Notes: generated from the letters alone by a model not told the origin. A stretch of 64,000 bases of DNA from Candidatus Latescibacterota bacterium (GCA_965223905.1 CBDCXV010000005.1:1-64000), one strand, 5' to 3'. Counted from the first letter of the stretch, positions 1-10,261 are shown. A program made the numbers and translations.

Positions 1-2172
1 CGATCCGGCTGACGATCCACCAGTCCGGCTTCGCCTCTCCCGGGGGCGGCACCGCGGCGCGCAGGCCGCTGCACCCGGCGCTCGGTGTTGACGCAGACCC
101 CGTCGGTCTCGGCGAAGGCGGTCGCCGGGAAGACGACGTCGGCGAGCTCGGCGGTCTCGGTGAGGAAGATGTCGATGACGACGAGGTGGTCGAGGCTCTC
201 GAGGGCGTGCTGGCAGTGGGCGCGGTCCGGGTCGGAGATCAGGGTGTTCTCGCCGTTGATGATCATCGCGTGGATGCCGTCGCCGCAGCGGTCGAGGGCG
301 GTCACCTTGGTGATGCCGCGCTCGCCGTCGATCTCGCGCCCGTACAGCTTTCTGAACTTCTCCCGGTTGGCCGGGTCCCCGACCTTCTGGAAGCCGGGGT
401 AGTTGTCCGGCAGGGCGCCGCTGTCGCCGGCCCCCTGGATGTTGTTCTGGCCGCGCATCGGATTGATGCCGGTCCCCTCGCGGCCGAGGTTGCCCGTCAT
501 CAGCGCCAGGTTGCACAGCGACCGCACGTTGTCGACGCCGCAGATGTGCTCGGTGATGCCGAGGGTGTAGTAGATGGCGCCGCGCTCGGCTTCGCCGTAC
601 CAGATCGCCGCCTTCTCGATGTCGGCCGCGGGCACCCCGGAGATCCCCTCCGCCCACCCCGGGGTGAAGCCCCCGACATGCTCGAAGAAAGCCCCGCTGT
701 CGCTGGTGCGCCGGGGAGATGAACTCCTCGTCGACGAGCCCCTCGCGGGCGATGACGTGGGCCATCGCCGCCAGCAGGGCGACGTCGGAGCCGACACGCA
801 GCGGCAGGTAGAGGTCGGCCATGTCGGCCAGCGGAATGCGCCGCGGGTCGGCGACGATGAGCCTGGCCCCCCGGGCGATCGCCTTCTTGATCGCCGTCGC
901 CGCCACCGGGTGGCACTCGGTCATGTTGGTCCCGATGCAGAAGAGCACATCGGGTTTCGCCATGTCGGCCAGCGGGTTCGACATGGCGCCGCGCCCTATC
1001 GTGGCTGCCAGACCGGCAACCGTGGGAGCGTGTCAGGCACGGCTGCAGTTGTCTATCTGATTGGTGCCGAACCCGGCGCGGATGAACTTCTGCATGGTGT
1101 AGGCAGCTTCCGACGGCGCGCGCCCGGAGGCGATGCCGTAGACGCTGTTCTCGCCGTAGCGGTCGACGGCGCGCCGGAAACCCGCGGCGGCGCGCTCGAG
1201 GGCCTCGTCCCAGGTCGTCTCGCGCAGCTCGCCGTCCTCGCCGCGGACCATCGGGTGCGCGAGGCGGTCGCCGTGCTGGACGAAATCGAAGGCGAACTGC
1301 CCCTTGACGCAGAGCGCCCCCTCGTTGGCCGGGCCGTCCATGGCCGGGTGAATGCCGACGAGGGCGTCCTCCTTGGTCAGCAGATCGACCGAGCAGCCGA
1401 CCCCGCAGTACGGGCAGACCGAGCGCGTCTTCTCGATTTCTCCCGGCAGCTCCGCGGAGCGCAAGGCCTTCTTGTCGCCGAGGGCCCCGGTGGGGCAGGT
1501 CTGCACGCACTGGCCGCAGAAGGTGCAGGAGGAGTCCTTGAGCAGGCCGTCGAACTCGGTGGTGATCTGCGTGTGGAAGCCGCGGTTCATGACGCTGATG
1601 GCGTGATCACCTTCCTGCTCGGCACAGACGCGGACGCAGCGGTAACAGGAGATGCACTGCTCGTAGTCGCGCAGCAGGAAAGGGTTGGCGTCCTCCTTGC
1701 TGGTCCCCGACCTGGCCCCGGCGAAGCGGCCGCTGCGGGCTTCGTAGCGGTCGACGAGGCCGGTCAGCTCCTGGGAGGCGTACGAGGTCAGCGGGTCGAC
1801 GTCGATCTCCCGGTTCTCGGAGGCGACCATCTCCAGCAGGGTGCGGCGGTGCTTCTCGACCTCTTCGGTGGCGGTGCGCACCGACATGCCGGCCACCGCC
1901 TTCGTGGTGCAGGAGGCGACCGGGGTGCGAGCTCCCTCGACTTCGACGACGCACAGCCGGCAGGCCCCGAACGGTTCCAGGCGCGGGTCGTAGCAGAGGG
2001 TGGGGATGTCGTGTCCGCAGCGGGTGGCGGCCTCGTAGATGGTCTCCCCCTCGGTGAACGCGACCTCGGTGCCGTCGATGGTGATCGCCTGACCGGCAGG
2101 AGGCCGGCCGTTTCCCCTGGAGGCGCCGTTGCCGGCGACCCGGGTCTCTTCAGGTGCTGTCGTCGTTGTCAT
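1..2172 (-). CDS. fdhF: Selenocysteine-containing formate dehydrogenase alpha subunit (FdhF/FdsA-like), 3' end outside window; two apparent +1 frameshifts (~713-716 and ~64-67)
   Basis: ATG 2172 with AGGAG RBS; 2Fe-2S (PTLC..CRLC..C), 2x CxxCxxCxxxC, CPYCGVGC...CVKG; DNCSRA-TGA(1035-1033)-HAPTVAGL..GRGAMSN; downstream motifs RGQNNIQGAGD, DIFLTETAELADVVFPA, NTERRVQ read after frame correction. Confidence 0.92.
991..1032 (-). promoter_or_regulatory. Bacterial SECIS element
   Basis: mRNA UGA-CACGCUCCCAC(11 nt)-GGUUGCC GGUCU GGCAGCC hairpin (1021-1003); same spacing and near-identical sequence to the E. coli fdhF SECIS. Confidence 0.9.
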
Positions 2173-2186
2173 ATCGGGTGCTCCTG

Positions 2187-3851
2187 TCACGCGCCGGAGG
2201 CGCGCACGTGTCTTTCCACTTCTCCGGGAAAGTACTTCATCAGACTTTGCGTGATGTTGGGGGCCGCGGTGCCGAGACCGCAGGCGCTGGTCGCCGCCAT
2301 CGCCGCCCCCATGTCCTCGACCTCGCGGCGCCAGGCAGCCGGCTTTCGCGGCGACCCCGGGGCTCCGGAAAGGCGCTCGGTCAGCCGCTGCGTGCCGATG
2401 CGGCAGGGGAAGCATTTGCCGCACGATTCCTCGGCGAAGAACTCCATGGCGCCGTGCGCGGCCTCGACCATGTCGCGGCTGTCGTCGAAGACCATGATGC
2501 CGCCGGCGCCGAGGAAGGAGCCGCGGGAACGAATGTCCGGTTCGTCGAGGGTGACGTCGAGGTCGTCGCCGGCGAGGAAGCCCCCGGAGAGGCCGGCCAT
2601 GGTCACCGCCTGGATCGACCCGCCGCCTGCCCAGTCGTTCAGCAGCGTCTGCAGGGGCAGGCCGAGCGGCACCTCGTAGTTGCCGGGGCGCTCGATGTCC
2701 CCGCTGAGACTGATCAGCTTGGTGCCGGCGTTCTCCCCGAGTCCGAGCCCCCGGTACCAGGCGGCCCCGTGGCGCACGATCGGGGGAGCCGAAACCAGGG
2801 TCTCGACGTTGTTGACCACGGTCGGCAGATCCTCGTACCCGTGCGTGACCGGAAAGGGGGGGCGGTTGCGCGGGAACGGGTGGCGCCCCTCGAGGCTGTT
2901 GAGCAGCGAGCCCTCCTCGCCGCAGATGTAGGCCCCGGCCCCGCGCCTCAGGTAGAGGTGGAACTCGAAGCCGCTGCCGAGGATGCCGGCCCCGAGCAGG
3001 TTGGCCGCCTCGGCCTCGGCGATGGCGCGCTCGAGAATCTCCTGGGTCTCCGGGTACTCGTAGCGCAGGTAGATGAACCCCCGCTCCGCCCCGGAGGCGT
3101 AGGCCGCCAGCAGCATCCCCTCGATGACGGCATGGGGGTCGTAGTCGAGCAGGGCGCGGTCCTTGAAGCAGCCCGGCTCTCCCTCGTCGGCGTTGCAGAC
3201 CACCGTCTTCGGGTTTCCCGGGGCTTCGGCGACCGCCCGCCACTTCTGTCCGGTCGGGAATCCGGCCCCGCCCCGTCCCGCCAGGCCGCTGTCGGCGACG
3301 AGGTCGAGAAGTTCATCCGGAGACATGCCGGCGAGGGCGCGCTCGAGGGCTTCGTAGCCGCCGCTGCCGCGGTACCCCTCGATGCCGGCGCGGCCCGGAA
3401 GGCGGATGCCGGCGAAGACGCACTCCTCGAATCCGCCCGGATTGGGGGCCGGCACCGGGGAGGGAAGCTCCCGCAGGGTTCCGTCCGGGGCCCCCACCAG
3501 GGTGCGGTGCCCGACGAGCACGGGAACCGGCTCGTCGCAGCGCCCGGAGCAGGGCATGGGGGTGGCGCCGTCGAGGGATTCGACCAGGTCGCCGGCGCCG
3601 CGCAGACAGCAGACCGGGCCGGTGCAGACCCGGGGGGCCGTCTGTCCGGGGCGATTGCGGGCGAAGTGATGGTAGAAGGTCACCGTGCCGAAGAGCTCGG
3701 CGAGCGGGATTTTCAGGCCCTCGGCCACTTCCTCGATGGCGGCGTCGCTGAGGAACTGATCGCGGTCGTGGAAGGCGTGCAGCACCGGCAGCAGGGGGGC
3801 AGGCTGCCCGCGCCAGGCGTCGATGAGGTGGCCGTTGTGGGATGAAGTCAT
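2187..3851 (-). CDS. Fused NuoE-NuoF-like (FdsG-FdsB) diaphorase subunit of NAD-dependent formate dehydrogenase
   Basis: N-terminal LLPVLHAFHD..TFYHHF..VCTGPVC..CSGRC; then GRGGAGFPTG, NADEGEPGCFKD, GAGAYICGEE, ESCGKCFPCRIG, CGLG. Confidence 0.9.
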   Translation of the reverse strand: MTSSHNGHLIDAWRGQPAPLLPVLHAFHDRDQFLSDAAIEEVAEGLKIPLAELFGTVTFYHHFARNRPGQTAPRVCTGPVCCLRGAGDLVESLDGATPMPCSGRCDEPVPVLVGHRTLVGAPDGTLRELPSPVPAPNPGGFEECVFAGIRLPGRAGIEGYRGSGGYEALERALAGMSPDELLDLVADSGLAGRGGAGFPTGQKWRAVAEAPGNPKTVVCNADEGEPGCFKDRALLDYDPHAVIEGMLLAAYASGAERGFIYLRYEYPETQEILERAIAEAEAANLLGAGILGSGFEFHLYLRRGAGAYICGEEGSLLNSLEGRHPFPRNRPPFPVTHGYEDLPTVVNNVETLVSAPPIVRHGAAWYRGLGLGENAGTKLISLSGDIERPGNYEVPLGLPLQTLLNDWAGGGSIQAVTMAGLSGGFLAGDDLDVTLDEPDIRSRGSFLGAGGIMVFDDSRDMVEAAHGAMEFFAEESCGKCFPCRIGTQRLTERLSGAPGSPRKPAAWRREVEDMGAAMAATSACGLGTAAPNITQSLMKYFPGEVERHVRASGA

Positions 3852-3984
3852 CAGCAGTTGTCCGGTTTGCGCGCAAGGAAATATAAGCCGCGCCGTCCCG
3901 GCAGCCCTGTTTCGGGCCTCGGTTGAAAAACCATCCGGCCCGGATCCCGGTTCCCGGAGCCCTTCGGTCCGCAGAAGCGCGGCT

Positions 3985-4893
<909 letters not shown>

Positions 4894-5065
4894 TTCCGGT
4901 CAGGTGTCAGGTACTGGGTAATGAAATGAGAAAATCCGCCGGCCATGGCGGGCGCATCGGTTTACAGGTCCATGGCCTGGAATCTTTTCGGCGGGAAGGG
5001 AATATACTGGTTAATGTCCCTGAGTTAATGGCTGGAAGAAGCTACAATCTGGACTTAGGTGGAGT

Positions 5066-5097
5066 TTGCCGCAGAAGGCCATAATAGCTATTATAGC
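5066..5097 (+). promoter_or_regulatory. Sigma70 promoter overlapped by palindromic TA operator
   Basis: TTGCCG(5066-71)-17 bp-TATTAT(5089-94); perfect palindrome ATAATAGCTATTAT 5081-5094; ATG follows at 5101. Confidence 0.6.
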
Positions 5098-5100
5098 TCT

Positions 5101-5352
5101 ATGAAAGAGATCGCTGCCAGAGAGGCAAAAAACCAGTTCGGCCGCTTGCTGGATGCCGCCCAAAGCGCTCCTGTCTGCGTTACCAAGAAAGGCAGGCCCG
5201 TCGGCGTCGTGATGTCGATGGAACAGTACGAACGGCTGCGGGGCGCGGCATGGGCTCGCCTGACCGAGACCATGGACCGTCTGGGAGCCGAGGCCGCGGC
5301 CAGCGGTTTGACCGCCGACCGCCTGGAAGAACTCCTGGCCGATGAAAGCTGA
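5101..5352 (+). CDS. Phd/YefM family antitoxin
   Basis: MKEIAAREAKNQFGRLLD..PVCVTKKGRPVGVVMSMEQYE; overlaps the PIN gene. Confidence 0.9.
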   Translation: MKEIAAREAKNQFGRLLDAAQSAPVCVTKKGRPVGVVMSMEQYERLRGAAWARLTETMDRLGAEAAASGLTADRLEELLADES

Positions 5353-5770
5353 TCGGGTCGTTCTGGATACGAACGTTCTGATCAGCGCTGCACTGAAACC
5401 CGATGGGTCGCAGCGGGCGGTCGTGGATGCAATACGAGCGCCGAACGGGGTTCTTCTATTCTCCGACGAGACCTTCAACGAGCTGGAGACCCGGCTCGGT
5501 CATTCCAAGTTCGCCAACTATGTAAGCCGTGAAGACCGGTCGGTATTTCTGGCCCTGCTCGAGCCCGTTTCGGAATGGGTGTCGATCGTGGGAGCAAGAC
5601 TGGGATGTCGCGATCCGGAAGACGACAAGTTTCTCGAAACGGCGCTCATGGGAGAGGCTGAATGTGTTGTCACCGGCGATCAGGACCTGCAGGTAATGTC
5701 GCCATTTCACAACATCCCGATTTTGAGTCCGGCAGATTTCCTGAGTGGGGGATTATCTCCCGGGATTTGA
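5342..5770 (+). CDS. PIN-domain toxin
   Basis: VVLDTNVLISA, CRDPEDDKFLETA, VVTGDQDL. Confidence 0.9.
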   Translation: MKADRVVLDTNVLISAALKPDGSQRAVVDAIRAPNGVLLFSDETFNELETRLGHSKFANYVSREDRSVFLALLEPVSEWVSIVGARLGCRDPEDDKFLETALMGEAECVVTGDQDLQVMSPFHNIPILSPADFLSGGLSPGI

Positions 5771-5778
5771 CCTGAGCC

Positions 5779-5816
5779 GACTTAGCTATAGACTTAGCTA
5801 TAGACTTAGCTAAGTC
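5779..5816. repeat. 12-bp tandem repeat GACTTAGCTATA (2 full + 1 partial) ending in a perfect 14-bp palindrome; probable operator array of the second TA pair
   Basis: Units 5779-5790, 5791-5802; GACTTAGCTAAGTC 5803-5816; overlaps TTGACC(5767)-16-TAGACT(5789). Confidence 0.75.
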
Positions 5817-5844
5817 GAGATTGAGGCTGTTGTGAAAGGAGTCC

Positions 5845-6081
5845 ATGATGTCAGTTGTCAATGTCCATGAAGCCAAGACCCAGCTCTCCCGCCTCCTGGC
5901 ACGGGCAGAGGCCGGTGAAGAGGTCGTGATTGCCCGCAACGGCATTCCGGTTGCGCGGCTCGTCCGCTACGAAGATCGTCCGGGCATCCGTCGGTTCGGC
6001 GCCCTGAAGGGACAGTTTGTGGTCGACGACAGTTTCTTCGACCCGCTCCCGGAGGCCGAGCTGGCCGCCTGGGAGTCGTGA
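5845..6081 (+). CDS. Phd/YefM family antitoxin
   Basis: VNVHEAKTQLSRLLARAEAGEEVVIARNGIPVARL; AAGGAG RBS. Confidence 0.92.
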   Translation: MMSVVNVHEAKTQLSRLLARAEAGEEVVIARNGIPVARLVRYEDRPGIRRFGALKGQFVVDDSFFDPLPEAELAAWES

Positions 6082-6473
6082 GTCCCGTGCGCATCCTGCT
6101 CGACACGCATGCCTTTTTGTGGTGGCTGACCGGGAGCAAGCGTTTGTCCAGGGCCGCCCACGCCGCAATCGCCCGCCCGGAGAACGATATCCTCATCAGC
6201 GCCGCTTCCTCATGGGAGATCGCTACCAAGCATCGACTTGGAAAGCTCGCGGGCGCCGAGGCGGTGGCGCACGACGTGGCCGGCTGCATCGCGAGCCAGG
6301 GGTTCCAGGAGTTGCCGATTTCCGTCCACAACGGCGAACGTGCCGGCCGGTTGCCGGGACCGCATCGCGACCCCTTCGACCGCATGTTGATCGCGCAAAC
6401 CCTGGCTTTCGACCTCCCCCTCGTGTCGGTCGAGACGCTCTTTGACCGGTATGGCGTCAACCGCATCTGGTAA
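6078..6473 (+). CDS. vapC: VapC family PIN toxin
   Basis: ILLDTHAFLWW, SAASSWEIATK, HRDPFDRMLIAQ; GTGA overlap with antitoxin. Confidence 0.92.
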   Translation: MSPVRILLDTHAFLWWLTGSKRLSRAAHAAIARPENDILISAASSWEIATKHRLGKLAGAEAVAHDVAGCIASQGFQELPISVHNGERAGRLPGPHRDPFDRMLIAQTLAFDLPLVSVETLFDRYGVNRIW

Positions 6474-6625
6474 GAGGATTGGTAAGAATGGCTGAAAATT
6501 CCCTATCAGCGCGGGTCGGACAGAGGGTATTCCTCCAAGGCCACTTCGAGGGGTTGCAGACAGGCGGACCCGAACCCTGACGAGCGTGATGGCCTCCAGA
6601 CGCTGATCGAACCGGATTCCCACTG

Positions 6626-8368
6626 ATGCTGACCAGGCTCACCATCCGCAACTTCAAACGATTCGACGAGGTCGAGATCGAGCTCGGGAGCCCGGTGGTC
6701 TTCATCGGCCCAAACAACTCCGGGAAGACTTCCGCGATGCAGGCGCTAGCCCTCTGGGACATCGGCCTCAGGCGCTGGAACGAGAAGCGGTCGGGAAAGA
6801 GCGCACCGGAAAAGCGACCCGGGGTGACCGTCAACCGCCGCGACCTCGTTGCCATCCCGATTCCCGACGCCAACCTCCTGTGGCGGGGGTTGCACGTGCG
6901 GAACGTTCGCAAAGTCGAGGGCCGCCAGGTCACCAGCAACATCTGCATCGAAATCGTCGTCGAAGGAGTGACCAACGATCAGTGCTGGACCGGCGGGCTG
7001 GAGTTCGACTACGCCAACGACGAGTCCTTCTACTGCCGGCCGCTCCGTCTGTCCGCGGGCAAGACTCCTGATCGCATGCCGGTCCCCGTCGAAGCGGGAA
7101 CCGTACGGGTCGCTTTCCTTCCGCCCATGTCCGGGCTGGCGGCCACGGAAACGCGTCTCGATGAAGGGGCGGTCAACGTCCGGGTCGGAGAAGGCCGCAC
7201 CGCGGAGGTGCTGCGCAATCTATGCCTGCAGGTCCACGACGAAAACGAAGCTGTGTGGAAAAGGCTCGTCGGGCAGATCGAGAGCATGTTCGGTTCCGAG
7301 ATTCGCCCTCCCCGCTACATTGCCGAGCGCGGGGAGATCGCAATGACCTACCGCGAGCAAGACGTCGAGCTCGACCTGTCCTCGGCGGGTCGGGGTCTGC
7401 AGCAGACTTTGCTTCTCCTGGCGTACATGTACGCAAATCCGGGGGCCGTGCTGCTGCTCGACGAGCCGGACGCGCACCTGGAAATACTCCGCCAGCGTCA
7501 GATCTACCGCCTGCTTACCGAGGTGGCTGGCGAAAGCGGGAGTCAGATCATCGCTGCCAGCCACTCCGAGGTGCTGCTCAACGAGGCGGCAGGCCGGGAT
7601 CTGGTGGTGGCCTTCGTCGGCAAGCCGCATCGCATCGACGACCGCGGCAGCCAGGTGCAGAAGGCGCTCAGGGAGATCGGGTTCGAACAGTACTACCAGG
7701 CAGAGCAGACCGGCTGGGTGCTCTATCTCGAGGGTTCGACGGACCTTTCGATTCTGCAGGCCTTCGCCAGGCGGCTGGGCCACGAGGGAGCTGTGAAGGC
7801 TCTCGAGCGCCCCTACGTCAAATACGTGGGCAATCAGCCCAGGGCGGTTCAGGACCATTTTCACGGCCTGAAGGAGGCCCTGCCCGAGCTGCGCGGGGTC
7901 GCCCTCTTCGACCGTTTCGAACCGGATCCACCGGAACTCTCCCCGGTGGAGTGCCTGACCTGGAAGCGCCGGGAGATCGAGAGCTACGTCTGCTCGCCGG
8001 CAACGCTCGGAGCGTACGCGTCGGCGTCTGCGGAGGAAGCCGTGCCGGGTCCGCTGTTCACCGGTGCCGAGGCGAGTAGGCGCCTGAAAGCAATGCGCGA
8101 GGCGATCGTGGAAATCGAATCGGCCCTGAAGACGCTCGGAAAAGGGTCTCCCTGGGACCCGGACATCAAGGCTAGCGACGATGTCCTGGTGCCGCTCTTC
8201 GAGGCCTACTTCGGGAAGCTCGGCCTGCCGAACCTGATGGCGAAGAAGAACTCCTACGAGCTGGCCGAGCACGTCCCGAGAAGCGAGATCGACCCCGAGA
8301 TCGTCGAGAAGCTCGATGCGGTGGCGCGGGTCGCGGTGAGCGCCGCGCCGGCGGAAGAGCCGGAGTGA
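6626..8368 (+). CDS. ABC-type ATPase fused to TOPRIM-like domain (OLD-like ATP-dependent nuclease)
   Basis: IRNFKRF, Walker A GPNNSGKT, signature SAGRGLQQ, Walker B LLLDEPDAHL, ASHS; C-terminal LYLEGSTD, LFDR, KRREIESY. Confidence 0.75.
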   Translation: MLTRLTIRNFKRFDEVEIELGSPVVFIGPNNSGKTSAMQALALWDIGLRRWNEKRSGKSAPEKRPGVTVNRRDLVAIPIPDANLLWRGLHVRNVRKVEGRQVTSNICIEIVVEGVTNDQCWTGGLEFDYANDESFYCRPLRLSAGKTPDRMPVPVEAGTVRVAFLPPMSGLAATETRLDEGAVNVRVGEGRTAEVLRNLCLQVHDENEAVWKRLVGQIESMFGSEIRPPRYIAERGEIAMTYREQDVELDLSSAGRGLQQTLLLLAYMYANPGAVLLLDEPDAHLEILRQRQIYRLLTEVAGESGSQIIAASHSEVLLNEAAGRDLVVAFVGKPHRIDDRGSQVQKALREIGFEQYYQAEQTGWVLYLEGSTDLSILQAFARRLGHEGAVKALERPYVKYVGNQPRAVQDHFHGLKEALPELRGVALFDRFEPDPPELSPVECLTWKRREIESYVCSPATLGAYASASAEEAVPGPLFTGAEASRRLKAMREAIVEIESALKTLGKGSPWDPDIKASDDVLVPLFEAYFGKLGLPNLMAKKNSYELAEHVPRSEIDPEIVEKLDAVARVAVSAAPAEEPE

Positions 8369-8468
8369 TCCAAGCCGCGGACCGTAGCGTGTCGGGATTT
8401 CCGCCGCCACCCGGAGGAATCTGGCTTTTCCCGGAAGCGCCGGCGCCGGCCGCGCCCGAAAAACAAGC

Positions 8469-8652
8469 CTGCGCTGCGCCGTCGCTTCGTTTCTGGTGGC
8501 CAGCAGTCGGGTTCGGGTGGCCCCCCGGGACCGCTTCGGCGAGCTGCTCCGCTACTCCTTCCAGATCGGCCTGAACGACGCCGTGGGCAGCCTCTCGCGC
8601 AACGTCGACCGGCTCGTCGTCTTCCTCTTCTTTTCGACCAGCCTCGCCGGAG
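8469..8652 (+). pseudogene. Internal fragment of an oligosaccharide flippase-like membrane protein
   Basis: LRCAVASFLVASSRVRVAPRDRFGELLRYSFQIGLNDAVGSLSRNVDRLVVFLFFS, with native codon bias but no proper start or end. Confidence 0.45.
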
Positions 8653-8903
8653 GCCGCGGAGATGGGGTTGCTGAGCAGCCCCCCGGACGGTTGGGGCGGA
8701 ATCCCCCTTCGCAGCGGGCCGCCGTCGAGGAGAGAGCGGCCGTTTCGCCCGAACGCCAGTTGAGAGCCGGCAGTGGTTCGACCGGATGGGCCCCCGAGGG
8801 ATCCGGTGGGGCAGGAGCACCAGGCGGAAACCCGGACGGCTGGAGCTAAACCGGTTTGCCCGTGCTGCTAGCCGGTGGGGAGGGGCTGCTTCTGCGGCAG
8901 CGC

Positions 8904-9482
8904 CTATCCGGCGGTCGCGGCCCCGGGGAGGGTGACCGTCTCGACCTTTCCGCAGTCGAGATGGCGCAGCAGGGCGCGGTCGCCGTAGTAGCGGCCGGAG
9001 CGGCCCGCCTGTATCCAGGTAACCCGCCGGTGCCGGTCTATTCTGAAGATGGCCGGCTGGATCTGGTCCTCGGCGAGCTGCAGGCCGAGGCCGCGGGCGA
9101 GCTTCAGGCCGACGTCCTCGACGTAGCGGGCCGAGAAGCCGGTGATGCGCCGGACCTCGGAGATCTCCTTTCGCGGCCCGGGGGCCAGGACGACGAAAGA
9201 GGCCCCGCACTGGCTCAGCCGCGACTGCATCGCCCGCAGGCGCACGAGCTGCCTCGAGCAGACCTGGCACCAGGGCGCCTTCAGGGTGACGAACACCACC
9301 CGCCGGCGCCGCACCAGTTCGGTCAGGTCGACCTCGCGCCCGTCGATGTCCTGCAAGGTGGCGGGAAGGATCAGCTCTTCGGCAGTGCGGGTCGAATCCG
9401 CGCCGGCGTCGGGGGCTGCGCGGGTGTAGGAAGGGGCAGCGCTCGCCAGGGCGCAGGCGAGGGCGGTGAGCAGGCGGGTCAT
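8904..9482 (-). CDS. Exported redoxin/AhpC-TSA family protein
   Basis: Signal peptide MTRLLTALACALA; LQDIDGREVDL; PWCQVC; QPAIFRID. Confidence 0.75.
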   Translation of the reverse strand: MTRLLTALACALASAAPSYTRAAPDAGADSTRTAEELILPATLQDIDGREVDLTELVRRRRVVFVTLKAPWCQVCSRQLVRLRAMQSRLSQCGASFVVLAPGPRKEISEVRRITGFSARYVEDVGLKLARGLGLQLAEDQIQPAIFRIDRHRRVTWIQAGRSGRYYGDRALLRHLDCGKVETVTLPGAATAG

Positions 9483-9539
9483 GGCGGCCAGATCATAGCG
9501 GGAATCCGCTCCCACGGCAACTGCAAACAGGCCCTTCCG

Positions 9540-9568
9540 TTGACGGTACAAACCGTCATATGTACATT
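9540..9568 (+). promoter_or_regulatory. Sigma70 promoter with overlapping inverted repeat
   Basis: TTGACG(9540-45)-17-TACATT(9563-68); TGACGGT-ACAA-ACCGTCA 9541-9558. Confidence 0.6.
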
Positions 9569-9603
9569 CAGACACTGAAGTTACGACAACAAGGAGAAGA
9601 GCG

Positions 9604-10080
9604 ATGAAAGACCTTCCCGAGGCCGTGGCGCGGGCCCTGACCCCGCTGTGGAACCAGCTTCCCCGGCAGTCGTCGCTGGACCGCCTCGTCGTCTCCGGGC
9701 CCCCGCCGGCCGCTGCCGCCGGCAGCGTCGAAACGGTGCTCGAGGACGAAGCGCTGGCCGCCCCGGTCCTGCAGGCGGCCCTCTGGCTCTACGCCGACGA
9801 CCTCGACCGCAGCCACCGGATATGCCAGCAGATCGACGACGCCACCGGCTCCTTCTGGCACGGGATCATGCATCGCCGCGAGGGGGACTTCGACAACAGC
9901 CGCTACTGGTTCAACAAGGTCGGGGATCATCCGGCGATATCCCGGATCGGATACGATCCCCAGGATTTCATCAGCGCCGTCGAGAAGCGGCACGCAGAGG
10001 CTCCCGCGGATCTCGTGGCCCTGCAGCGGCGGGAGTGGGAGACCCTGTTCACCTGGTGCGCTGCGGAGTACGGGGGATGA
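9604..10080 (+). CDS. Conserved hypothetical helical protein
   Basis: AAGGAG RBS, strong codon bias, DLDRSHRICQ..WHGIMHRREGDFDNSRYWF. Confidence 0.8.
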   Translation: MKDLPEAVARALTPLWNQLPRQSSLDRLVVSGPPPAAAAGSVETVLEDEALAAPVLQAALWLYADDLDRSHRICQQIDDATGSFWHGIMHRREGDFDNSRYWFNKVGDHPAISRIGYDPQDFISAVEKRHAEAPADLVALQRREWETLFTWCAAEYGG

Positions 10081-10261
10081 ACGGCATGTCGAGCGTGAAC
10101 TGCATGCAGCGCAGGAGCTGGTCCGGGTGCCTGGACGGCAGTTGGGGCATCGCACCGCAGGGAGGCCATGAAAGGCATTCGGGGCGCGAAGGCATGAGGC
10201 GCGTCAACTGTCTGCGGGGCCAAGCCCCGGGCCCCGGGCTTTCCTCCGCCGGAGGAGCACC

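Noticed and set aside
1033-1035. Nonsense mutation in fdh
   Set aside because: It falls at the catalytic Cys/Sec position and has a correctly spaced SECIS
574-2679. Long ORFs antisense or out of frame to real genes throughout (e.g. 574..2679 +, 26851..28926 -, 33899..35998 +, 58865..60484 +)
   Set aside because: Shadow ORFs expected from high GC3; no motifs, and they fully overlap well-supported genes
5779-5816. CRISPR or iteron interpretation of the 12-bp repeats
   Set aside because: No spacers, too short, no cas or rep genes; the position fits a TA operator
10081-10261. Known riboswitch or T-box before hom
   Set aside because: No recognisable lysine, SAM or T-box consensus by eye
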